DNA of 64,000 nt, from assembly GCA_965113315.1 (NCBI GenBank), contig OZ220363.1; one strand, written 5' to 3'. The position numbers were made by a program, and so were the translations under genes. The notes beneath the pieces were generated by a model. It was not told the origin of the DNA, did not search any database, and was given only the letters and a program-made list of their open reading frames with translations. This document shows, piece by piece, positions 21,340-33,300 of the stretch (its first letter is position 1; each line of letters starts with the position of its first letter). The stretch comes from Podarcis vaucheri (Eukaryota).

Positions 21340-22790
21340 AACAAATTCAAAAAAGAAAGTAAGGTTTGAGGCGCATATAGCTAAAAACATTAAGATCAAC
21401 AATAAAAAATATTATTAAAAGTGTGTGTGACAGAAGTGAAAAGGGAAAATTACGTGCCAATGATTCCGTCTGTCACATCCCAAAATAGGATACTGTAGAG
21501 CTGGAAAGTGTGGAAAAGGTAAACCAAAAACATTGGGTAACTTTTTTTGTTTTTTTTTAAAGGGGGAGCATGTCAGAGGGAAATAACATTATACATGATG
21601 TGAAGCAAGTGGATAGAGAGGACTTTCCTCTTGCTCTGCCATAGTGCTGGAGCCTGAGGCCATTCAGCGAAGTGGGAGATTCAGGACTGATAAAGGGAAC
21701 TGATAAACACACCTGCAAAATTGAAATTTGATACCATAGGATGTAGTGAAAGCCATAAACTTAGAGAGCTTTAAAAAAGGATTTGACAAATTCATGGGGA
21801 TAAGGCTACTATTCACAATGCCTACCGTATTTTTCGCTCTATAGGACACACTTTTTCCCCTTCAAAAATGAAGGGGAAATGTGTATGCGTCCTATGGAGC
21901 GAAGACACCATAGCCCCGCGACCCTCTCCTGGCTGGAGAGGTGACGCGCGGCTATGGCAGGAACCTTTACAGCCCTGTGTCACCTCTCCAGCCGGGAGAG
22001 AGCGCGCGCGGGGCTAAAGCAGCCCCCCGCGACCTTCTCCCGGCTGGAGAGGTGACACGCGGCTATTGAGGCTCCTGCCATAGCCGCCCGTCACCTCTCC
22101 AGCCGGGAGAGCGTGCGCTGGGCTAAAGCAGCCCCCCGCGACCCTCTCCCTGCTGGAGAGGTGACGCGCGGCTATAGAGGCTCCTGCTAAAGCAGCCCCC
22201 CGCAACCCTCTCCCGGCTGGAGAGGTGACGCGCGGCTATAGCAGGAGCCTTTACAGCCGCGCGTCACCTCTGCAGCCGGGAGAGCGCGCGCAGGGCTAAA
22301 GAAGCCATAGCCCTGCGACCCTCTCCCGGCTGGAGAGGTGACGCGCGGCTATGGCAGGAGCCTCTCCGCTGCGCCTTTCCGCTGCTCCCTGACCTGCTCT
22401 TTGGGGCTGGTGGTGGGCTTCCCCTGAACCTGAAGCCTGGAGAGCAAGAGGGGTCAGTGCACACCGACCCCTCTCACTCTCCAGGCTTCCAAGGTAGCCG
22501 CCTGAACGCACCTTAAACGGCACCTTGTTTTAGAGCGGGAAAACAAGAGGGGGAAAGTTCTCCCCCTCTCTGTGCAGCGTCTCCTGCCACTTCACTGAAG
22601 GGGCGCTGGGCAGAGAGGGGGAGAATTTTTTTTCTTGTTCTCCCCCCTCTAAAACAAAGTGCGTCCTATTGTCCGGTGCGTCCTATGGTGCGAAAAATAC
22701 GGTGTATACTACCACCTGGATCAGAGGCAGCAGGCCACAGAATACCAGTTGTAGGGGGAACAGCAGCAGAACAACAACCCTGAGTAATTG
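21340..22790 (+). mobile_element. Decayed CR1-like LINE fragments (host of the nested element at 21825-22702)
   Basis: CR1-type 3' sequence GGATGTAGTG..GCTTTAAAAAAGGATTTGACAAATTCATGGGGATAAGGCTA, resuming after 22703 with ..GGATCAGAGGCAGCAGGCC..GAATACCAGTTG. Confidence 0.55.
21825..22702. mobile_element. Non-autonomous Tc2/pogo-like DNA transposon carrying a GC-rich inverted-repeat array
   Basis: TA + TIR CCGTATTTTTCGCTCTATAGGAC at 21825; GTCCTATGGTGCGAAAAATACGG ending 22702; subterminal GCGTCCTAT repeats at both ends. Confidence 0.85.
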
Positions 22791-24327
22791 CCCCCTTTGC
22801 CTACCTTTTCTGACCCTCTCTAGCAAGTTGCTGTGTGGCAGGAACCTTAATGATTAAATAACTGAAAATGCTGAGTTGCAATGATGATGAGACTAAAAGA
22901 CAGTGGCAATGAAAAGGTCACTGAATGCAAACCTCAAAAACTTAGATCCTTTTCTTGATCCCTTGAGACAGAAGGAGAGTCAACCTGAGAGAGAATCTCT
23001 CTTGATTACACTCCCTCATGGACACACACACCTCCCAGAAGGGTAGATTCTCCCACAGATAATTGCCTTTCATTCCACCTAGATGTCACTAAAATCCTCC
23101 TCATTATATCACTGGACCCTTTCCTTGTACGTACCATACTAGAGATCTCCAGACCTTACTTTAGGGTAGTTTGAGCATCAGTCTGTGTCTTTCAGTCACC
23201 CCTCCAACAACTGTCCATGCAACTCCATGTCACTCTCAAGGTACACCTTTAACGCAGTGCTGGGTGCCAGATCAAGAAGCCTGATAAGGGTCCTGTCACC
23301 CAGTATCATGAAGTTTGGTTCCCCAAAGAGCTGAAGTCACAAGGGCATAGAATTCCTGGCCCTAGTTATGGTCTTAGTCTTTTGCATACTTACATCCACA
23401 GAGCTGCAGGAATATCTCATCTGAGCCTCAGTAGATCACCTTTGGCAAATTCTCTCTATCTTCCCAGGGTCCCATAGCTCCATCACTTAATTTCACACCT
23501 TGTAGCATAGGAACTCTTGCTTTTCTCTAGACTAGAAGTTTGAATGTGTTAGAATATTGGCTATAAAATGCACCTTTGAGTTTGCATATATGTTGTGCTT
23601 TACTATGAATCTGTTTTGAAAATATGCATGTGAATGCATGCATACACAGGTTCTCAGATACACAAGAGCATGTGATTTGGCACCGTGGGTACAGGATACT
23701 AGACTAGATAAAGTTTTTTTATTTACCTTTTTTTCATTATATTGCATTTTTCACTTCTGGTATAGAAAGAAAGCTAGAAAAGTATGCTAAAATGAAAGTG
23801 AAGCTGAAGTTCTTCTAAACCCCAGCTAGATAGGTTTCCTTTAGTTGAAACGTTGTACTTTCCTTTGTGTGTGGGAAGAGATTGATATACTTGCAACGGT
23901 ATGTATCAAGTCCCTGCTCTGCCTGTTCATGAAATTAAATGTATAACAACAACAACTTTGTTGCAGACAACAGTTTGTAAATATGATGTAAAGCAAAGAT
24001 TCAAAACCCAGAATAGGTTTGGACAGGATGTTTCATGATCAGGCAGTGTTTCCTGCTCTCACCACCAATAATTATTTCCTACTTCTTAATTTGTGCTGTT
24101 TTGTCTCCTGCTTTCCTCTCTCCACTCTTTTCCTTCCTTGCCCTCTGCTATTTGGTCCCCACCAGAAGCTTCCAGTTCCTTTTAAGGGTAAAACTAAAAT
24201 GAAATGTGTCTCCCAACCCAACTGATGCCTTCTAGTTATGTCTTAAATGTTACTTTTTTTTTACCCTGTCTTTCCCCCCCCCCCCAGAGCCTGTGTGATG
24301 TTGGATGAGGCCCAGCTCAGTGACAAC

Positions 24328-27300
24328 ATGGCTCACTTTGATACAGAGTATCAGCGGCTGGAGGCGTCCTACAATGACTCTCCCCCAGGAGAAGAGGACC
24401 TGATGGTTCATGTTGCCGAGGGCAGCAAATGTGAGTACAGCTGTGAGTGGCCAGCCTTGGCGCCAGGCACCCCACAAATCAGTGCTGATGGTGCCTGGGA
24501 TTAGTGAAAGACTAATCTGAACAGGAAGTGGGATTCTGACTCTGTTTCTGGAGAAACTGCATTTGCTGTGCAGCATGTTTTCAAGCATGCCAGTTCCTGG
24601 GAAGCAGCAGTAATAGGAGAAGGCAGTTGCATTCTTGTATTGCTTGTGGATTTCCCAGAGGCATGTGACTGGCCACTGTGGGACTAGACGGGCCTTTGGT
24701 CTTATGTTCTTAGTAAGTTCCCACAAAATTGAGCAAGGCTTTCTCTCTAGAAAGTGTCTTTAGGGTTCAGCTTTGAACTTTTGTTCTTAAAATATTGGGC
24801 TTGGATGGGGCCATGGGATGCTGTGTCGCAGCTCCCTCTCCCTCTGGCTTCTTTCTGCTGTGTAGAATTTTAGGGTTCTTTTTTCACTTTGTCTTTCTTG
24901 CAGCTCCCTGGCACCACATTGAGAATCTGGACCTCTTTTTCTCTCGTATATCCTTACCTGAAGGGCAGGGATGGTTGTATCCCAGCTGTCAGGATTGGTG
25001 GTGGGGCTCGGTTGCAGCAGAGCTGGGAACCCTTTACAAGGTTCCTTGTGGCCCATTAAACACTCCAAGAGGCAAAGGACCTTTCAGTGTCAGTTCAGGA
25101 ACAAAGGATAGCATAATCAAGAACCAGCCTCTGGAACCCATACAGGTTTACAGGCCAGACAGCAACATAGCAATACAAGGAGATTTGCAATCACCCCCTC
25201 AAATGGAATTCTTTACGGCAGAAAGTTACTGACTCTTTCCTCCTGATGGTGGCTAATCGTGACTTAATAGCATGGCAGGTTGAACTGGAAAAGGAGATGC
25301 TTCCTGCTAATGGGAGACTAGTCTCTGGTGAAACTAAGGGTGGGTACTGCAACCAATATTCTGAGCAATTCTCTTTGACTGTACCCCTCACGTCTATAAC
25401 CTGCACCAGAAGAATGGCTTCACCTGTATGCTCATCAGTGAGATCTTTGAATTAATGTGAGTATGAACTCCATGTCTCTTCCAGTAAAACAGGATTGGAA
25501 GTGGACATCCATTGTATTACCATGGGCACCTTGTCAGAGGTGAAAAAAAGAGTTCTGGTTTCCTGCTGGAGCTAGTGATCCTTCCCTGGCCCCAATTCCC
25601 TGTCATTCAGGTTGATAGGAAAACAAATCCTACTCCTGATTCTCTTTATGCAAGATGTCTCTGGTATGAAGGATTTATACAGCTGGTGCCTTCTGCTGGC
25701 CCAGATAATTTGAAGATGGGAGCGGGGAAGGCTGAGTGCCTCCTAGTGTGACACATCTTCTCTTCTCACAGGCAGTTCATCTTTGTTGTGGCCTTCACCA
25801 CATTCCTTGTCAGCTGTGTTGACTACGATATCCTGTTTGCTAACAAGCTGGTGAATCACAGCCAGCATTCCAGTGACCCTGTCAAGGTGACCCTGCCAGA
25901 TGCCTTCCTGCCTCCCAATGAGTGCAGTGCCAGGTAAAGTTAGCAAGGACTATCCTTTCCTAAATTTGACCACATCTTAGCCCATCTTGGTCGGGTCTAA
26001 AATCCAAGAGGCCTCTTGAAGTGGAAGATCCTCTACTTTGCATTTTAAGTCACACTCAATTGTAGCTGAAGGCTCGGAAATTTAGTTCTTGCAAAGTGAG
26101 CATTGCTGTCAAAACTGCTTTCAGATGTTTGCTTCTATATCCGCCAAATCTGGGGTCTCCAGTGTTAAACTAATGTCAGTGATAAAGTCGGGCCCCTGAC
26201 GAGCCAGCTGGACTTTTAATATACTAGACAATATTTGGCCCCTCAGTGTCTTGTGGATTAACTGTGAGAGAAAGCTTTGTATTCACATTTGTAGCTGTAC
26301 CCATCTTCTCTCAGATTTTCCAGCCCAGATGCCCATTAGTACAGTTTAATGTATCTCAGCACTGCAAAGCCTTGCACCCACCTGAATTCTAGCAATCTAA
26401 GAAGGAGGGGTTGGCACATGCTTTGGAAATAACTGTGACGACCAGAAGGGAGGTAGCTGCTTCTTCCTTTCTGTGAATCCATCTTTCTCATAGGATCCAG
26501 GCCAATGGCTTTCTCATCTCTATCCTGGTGATTGCGGGGGTCTTCTGGATCCATCGGCTGATTAAATTCATCTACAACATTTGCTGCTATTGGGAAATCC
26601 ACTCTTTTTACATCAACGCTCTCAAGATTCCCATGGTAAGATGCTGTGCTCTGGGAACTGTTAGACATGCATACACAAATTTACACAATGTGCTATTGAT
26701 AGGGAATGTTGACACCTTAGCAATATAGTTCTGATTACCTGATTACAAGCAAATCAGTACTGCCATATCCTTCCCCCACTTTTTTTTTTTTTTTTTTTGC
26801 AAGCTTCCCAGGAGCATTTGACTGACTGTTACTGGAGGCAGAATGCTGGACCAACATGACTTTTGGTTTGACCCAGAATAACATTTGGGTTGATCCTGCA
26901 ATTCAGTTCTTAGTGTCTCATGTTCTTTTCCAAGCAGTGAGAAGCCTGCAGATAAGACCTGTTGCTTCTTCTCCTTTAAGGGAAAAATCTTCCACTCCTG
27001 AATCTTCCTCTGTCCCTTAGTGACCTTCCTCCAGAGTTGTACACTGCTGCTGATCTTTCTGGTCTGCTGCTAATCCCATGGTTGCTCAATCTGACTTGCT
27101 TGGTTGAGTGGCAGGGCTAGTATGTTCTGCAGCTGTCATTGTCTGGTTTGCCAGTGTTTGTTATTTGGTCCTTGCCCAAGAGTGTTAGAAGTTGAGTCTC
27201 TGCATAACCAATTCCCTTCCCCTTTTTCAGGAGTGGGGAAAGTTTTTGTTTGTTAAATCTGTCAGTCACTTTAGCTTTCCCAAGACAACTCAAAGCAACA

Positions 27301-30300
27301 AACAAACAACCAAATGGACAAAAAAACCCATCCCCAGATACATCAAAACCATTGTGGGGTGGGGGGAGAAATATATTAAAAACCTACCCACTTCTAAAAG
27401 GCCACAGATAGTTAAAGGCCAAAGGCCTGGATATCAAGGGAAGTTTTTGCCTGGCACATAAAGATATATAATGATGGCACCAGGTGAACCACTGTGTGGA
27501 GAGCATTCCACAAATGGGGAGCCACCAAAGAAAAGGCTCATCTTCATGTTGCTACCCTCTGGACCTCTTGTGGAGGGGGGACATGAAGAAGCACTTTAGA
27601 TGATGACTGCAGGGTCCAGGTTAGTTCATATGGAAAGAGAAGCACTTTAGATGATGACTGCAGGGTCCAGGTTAGTTCATATGGAAAGAGATGGTCCTTG
27701 AGGTGTTGCGGTCCTGAGATGTTTGAGGCTTTATATGTCAAAATTGGGCCCAGAAACTAATTGGCAACCAGTGCAGTCAGGCCAAGATTGGTGTTACATG
27801 CTTGAACAGTCCTGCCTTGTTGAGCAACCTGGCCACTGAATTCCGCAACAGCTGAAGTTTCAGAAATGTCTCAGAGACAGTCCCATGTGCATTGCAGTAA
27901 TCTAACCTAGAGGTTGCCAGAGCAAGAGAAGTTAGGCTATCCCTGTCCAGTTGGGGTCACCTGAGCCACCAGCCAAAGCTGATGGAAAGCACTCCATGCC
28001 ACTGAGGCCACCTGAGCCTCAAGTGACACCAATGGATCCAGAATTATCCCCAAGTTGTGTACCTGCTCCTTCAAAAGGGAGTGTATACCCATCAAGAGGA
28101 TTAGCCTAGTCACAGCACTAACCTCACCATCCCTCTCTTTGCCTGCAGTCCAATTTGCCCTACTACACATGGCAGGAGGTGCAGGCACGGATTGTCCAAA
28201 TCCAGAAGGAACACCAGATCTGCATCCATAAGAAGGAGCTGACAGAACTGGACATCTACCACCGCATCCTGCGTTTCAAGAACTACATGGTGGCCATGGT
28301 GAACAAGTCGCTATTGCCTATGCGCTTCCACCTCCCCCTACTGGGCGATACAATCTTCTATACGCGTGGCCTCAAGTACAACTTTGAGCTCATCTTCTTC
28401 TGGGGCCCTGGCTCACTTTTTGAGAATGAGTGGAGTCTCAAGGCTGAGTACAAGCGAGGCAGCAACCGCCTGGAGCTGGCTGAAAAGCTGGGCACCCGCA
28501 TCCTCTGGATTGGCATTGCTAATTTTCTGCTGTGTCCGCTCATCCTCATCTGGCAGATCCTCTACGCCTTCTTCAGCTACACAGAGATTCTGAAGCGAGA
28601 GCCAGGAAGCTTGGGGGCTCGTTGCTGGTCTCTCTACGGCCGCTGCTACCTGCGGCACTTCAATGAGCTGGACCATGAGTTGCACTCACGCCTCAGCAAG
28701 GGCTACAAGCCAGCCTCCAAGTACATGAACTGCTTCATTTCACCTCTGTTCACTGTCGTGGCTAAGAATGTGGCCTTCTTTGCTGGCTCCATCCTCGCTG
28801 TCCTCATTGCCCTCACAATTTATGATGAAGACGTGCTTGCTGTGGAGCATGTCCTCACCACAGTCACCATTCTGGGTGTGGCTGTCACTGTCTGCAGGTG
28901 AGTTGAGATTGGCTGTGAACAGAAGAGTTTTTGTTTTTGTTCTCTGAGTCTTGGCATTAATAGGGTGGTTGCCATTATTATGAGGAGCACCCAATCAGAG
29001 AATTGACAGGTGAATAATTAAAGGCATTCTGCTGACCAAAAATTGCATTAAGCTACAAAAGTTTTTCTGCTGGGTCTCCCACTGAGAAAGTTAATGGGAG
29101 ATGAATTGCCTGTATTGCCTTTTCCTTCCGTGGCAATGGTAGCTAGGACACTTGAGGAAATTGATTAAGCTTAACAGCCCACGTCTTTCAGCTCTGCAAA
29201 ACAGGTTGCTTCCCTGGTTTAGTGATCTCAGTGATGGTGGTGCCTTGGAGTTGTTTAAACTGTGACATCTGCAATGAGAAGGCCCCTGGGATGGTTCGAG
29301 GCAAAGCCTGGTTTTTCTAGAATAGTGCAACCTTAGACTTGCCTTTCAGCTTTTGCCTAGATCAAGCAAGGGCAGAGCTTCTATCTGTCCCTGAAGAATG
29401 TGACAGGCACTGCTTGAAGGTAATACTCTGGGGTGAGTCACAAACTAGGGTAAGCGGACAGAAATGGGGGGGAAAGGCGTTGGAAACATCAGCTCAGCTT
29501 GATATCTGAGAGATGAAACAATGGTGGGAGTGGTATAGCAGGTATAGCTGCTGGTTAAAAAGAGTTAGCTGTGCTGTATATTGATGTGCAGTAAAAATCA
29601 ACCTGAAAATTCCTATGTTGTAATTGATAGTTGATCAGCTTCTGACATTTTAGATTGATGTAACCTGCCACTGACTTAATGTTGAATTAGGAGTCAGAAA
29701 TCCAGAATTTAGGAATTTGGCTGATCACTGAATCTGTATTACCCTTTTATCAAAGGCAGTCTGAACAGTTCTGTACTGCAAATAAGGATATAAATAAGTA
29801 CATAAATGTGTGAAATTATCATCTCCCTCCACAGTGAACCAGTTTGTTAAAGCTGAACCTGCTAGATCTGACCCATAAATAGTTTATCTCACTACACTCC
29901 TCTGTGTTCATCTTTCTATGAAGAGGGAACATGGGGCTGGGGACCCCTAGAACATAAGGTGCCTGTCTGCTTGCTTTTATGAAGGAAAGTAGCTCTCCTT
30001 GACACCTGTCCCATCTGTCTTGCAGATCCTTCATCCCAGACCAGCACCTGGTCTTCTGCCCAGAGCAGTTGCTTCGGGTGATTCTGGCACACATCCACTA
30101 CATGCCTGACCACTGGCAGGGCAACGCCCACCGCTATGAAACCCGAGATGAATTCTCCCAGCTCTTCCAGTACAAGGCGGTGAGGTGGGGCAGGGTAGGG
30201 TGGGAGGAAATCATATAAGAGCTGCCCTTTGCATAAACCCTGACTAGATCCAAGCATGTATTGTCCATGGAGTTCCCCCCCCCCAAATGGGGGAGGTTCT

Positions 30301-33300
30301 CTGACCCCAGGGCATGTGGGAGGAAAGAATCACTGGTATTTCCCCCAGTTTTCCTCCCCAATGCATGCAGTCATGTCTTGAGGCTGTGCTGTGGTTTCAC
30401 AAGTGATACACACCCGTGCAGTTGTTGAACTTAATGCCTTTGTCTCCTTTACTTAAGGTGTTCATCCTGGAAGAGCTGCTCAGCCCCATTGTGACTCCCT
30501 TGATCCTCATCTTCTGTCTGAGGCCCAAAGCTCTGGAGATAATTGATTTCTTCCGCAACTTCACTGTGGAGGTGGTGGGTGTGGGAGATACCTGCTCCTT
30601 TGCCCAGATGGATGTGCGGTGGCATGGACACCCTGCGGTAGGTCCCAGTGAGGGGCAGCATCATGGGCCCGACATGCCTTGCCTCGTCCTGGGTCACAAA
30701 CACCCTGCAGTGCCCCTGTCCTACCCCAGTATGCAGCTGTGATGCTGCTCGCAGGTCAGGTCTGCAGTGCCCTTGTGTCTGCTGGCTGCTCCTAGTCCCA
30801 TTGAGGCAGCTGCACGGTGTGTGCAAAACACCCTGTCCCTCTCTTGTTTTGCAGTGGATGTCAGCCGGGAAGACAGAGGCTTCCGTTTACCAACAAGCCG
30901 AGGATGGCAAGACGGAGTTGTCCCTCATGCACTTTGCTATCACCAACCCACACTGGCAACCTCCTCGGGAGAGCACGGCTTTCATCGGCTTGCTTAAGGA
31001 GCGTGTGCACCGCGACAGCAGCCTGGCTCTGGCCCAGCAGGCTGTCCTGCCTGACAATGCCCTCTTCACCTCCATTCAGTCCTTGCAGTCAGAATCAGAG
31101 GTATTGGGAACTAGTGTGTGGTAGAACAGGACATAATCCTGGTTTATCATAGGGAGAGATTGGGAGTGAACTGTTTCTTTTTGGTGGGATGGGGGTAATG
31201 TTTCTGTGTGGGCTTCTGGGCTCAGTGTGGAGTCATTTGAGTGCCATGGTAGTATGGCTGCCACTGTCTCATTGTGACCTAATTAGACTACCTTCCTCTT
31301 GCAAGCATGCTAATTCTGTCTCCTGTTATCTCTTCAGCAAATGTTAGCCATACTCTCCTAAAAGTTGGCACCTTCAGATTCTCCACGTTACCCATCCTCT
31401 CTCCCCACTCCTTTATTTCCCAATTCCTTTCCCTAGAATATCTTATTGCTTCTGTATATTTTTATTGTGAAAGTTTTAAGCTTACGGAAGACTCAAAGGT
31501 TGCAAAATGGAATTGTGATGAATCAATGAGATTCCTGTTGATATGAATTGATATTGGAATAAATATTGTTCAATAAGATGCACAAATAACACTCAAATGT
31601 AAATAAAGTCAGACATAAATAAGCAACATCCCTCCCACCCACCCCCAGAAGGTCCTTGGTGTCTTGTGGTTACATTATTGCAATTTCACTCATCCAACTG
31701 CATAGAATCAAAAACCTAAGGTCCTTTTGTGTTTAGGATCTCTTAATGTGATTAACAATCCCCTTCTCACTGAATCGCTTGTCTTTCCTATAAGAAAGCC
31801 CCCCAACACCTGTAGCATCTTCTCTTCCGAGTGTCACCATTTAGAAAGCATTTGAATTGCGGGGGCTGGAGATGGGTGGGCTAATTTTCCAAAATGTGGA
31901 GAGAATTCAGGATCCCCATTGCAAAGGCAAAGGTGAAGTTATTTATTTTTATTTTTAGTAAAATAAAACCGCCCTTCATCCAAGAATCACAGGGTGGTTT
32001 GCAAAGTTCAGTTGTGGTGGTGAAGCGTTGAATGTAGATAGATGGGGCAGGCTTTGGATCTTCCTGCCTGGGTCACACCTCCCTCCTCTGTTCTCTCCCT
32101 GCAGCCACACAGCCTGATTGCCAATGTGATTGCAGGCTCCTCAGTCCTGGGCTACCAGGCAGTCCGTGATGGGCAGGCCTCACGGCATCTCTCGGCTGTG
32201 TCTGAGGTGGCATCTGCCCTGCGTTCTTTCTCTCCTCTTCAGTCAACGCAGGCAGCCCACAGGAGTTCCCACACAGAAGGTTCCCAACATCGGGGTCCTG
32301 GCACAATGGCAGGCTCAGGGTAAGAAGCTGCATGTTGTAAAGGGCTATTGAGCACCTCACCAGCACTTTACCCAGAGTGTTCGGAGGACTATTTCATGAG
32401 GCTTTTCCCAGCACAGCTATACATTACTGTGTGTTAGAGCAGGAGGCAGCCTCCCAGATGTGCCTTTGAAGCAGCAGCAAGAGCTTTTTATGCCTTTTAT
32501 TACCTCCCTCCTATTGGACTCCCAGTTCCCATCAGTGCCAACTAGCATGGCCAGTGGCAAAGACTGGTCACAAGCTCCCCACCCATGGCTTAGGGTTTCC
32601 TTGTGTTTGGAGCTGAGGTTATGAGGGACAGCAGAAAGCTATCCAGTTCTGCAAAGCTCCCCAAAAGATTGCTGTGTGTCTAAACACACACTTTGGAATC
32701 CTTTTAGTTATCAGGCTACAGCGGTGGTATGGTTGATGTCACCCTTTCTAGGCTCGGAGGGGGGAAAGTGTGGAGTGGCAAGAAGGTGCCTTCTGGACTC
32801 CAAATTACTCTTTCTAACACATCTTGACTTGACTCTTTTCTCCCTTCTGGCTTGCAGGGTTGATGCCAGGACAGCTAGTTCTGGCAGTAGTGCCTGGGAG
32901 GGCCAGCTTCAGAGCCTGATCCTTTCAGAATATGCCTCTACTGAGATGAGTCTGCATGCACTCTACATGCATGAGGTGAGCTGAACATCAAGAATCATGC
33001 AGGCCTTTGCAATGGGCCCTGAAGGTTCTGTGTAGACCTGCATCTTGAGACGTGTGTACCTGAATGAGCACAGCAAAGGAGGACCGAATAAGCCTCTGTA
33101 CTGTGATATAGCTCCTAACCTAAGGGATAGGCCCTTCATTATACAGAAATCAGGCTGGGAGCAAAGGCTTCCTTCACTGGGCCATGATTTATGACAATTT
33201 GTGCACAACTGAAGATAAGTAGAGAGTCTATAGGCTTGCAGGATGTGAGCAAAACTTTCATGGATGCAGGTGATGACTTGCATAGACCTGTGTAGAAGCA

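Noticed and set aside
21909-22370. Repeat-spacer appearance suggestive of a CRISPR array
   Set aside because: Eukaryotic context, repeats alternate in orientation, spacers are themselves repeated, no cas genes, and the array lies inside transposon TIRs.
27587-27688. Perfect 51-bp tandem duplication
   Set aside because: Local slippage within a dead LINE fragment; no evidence of function.
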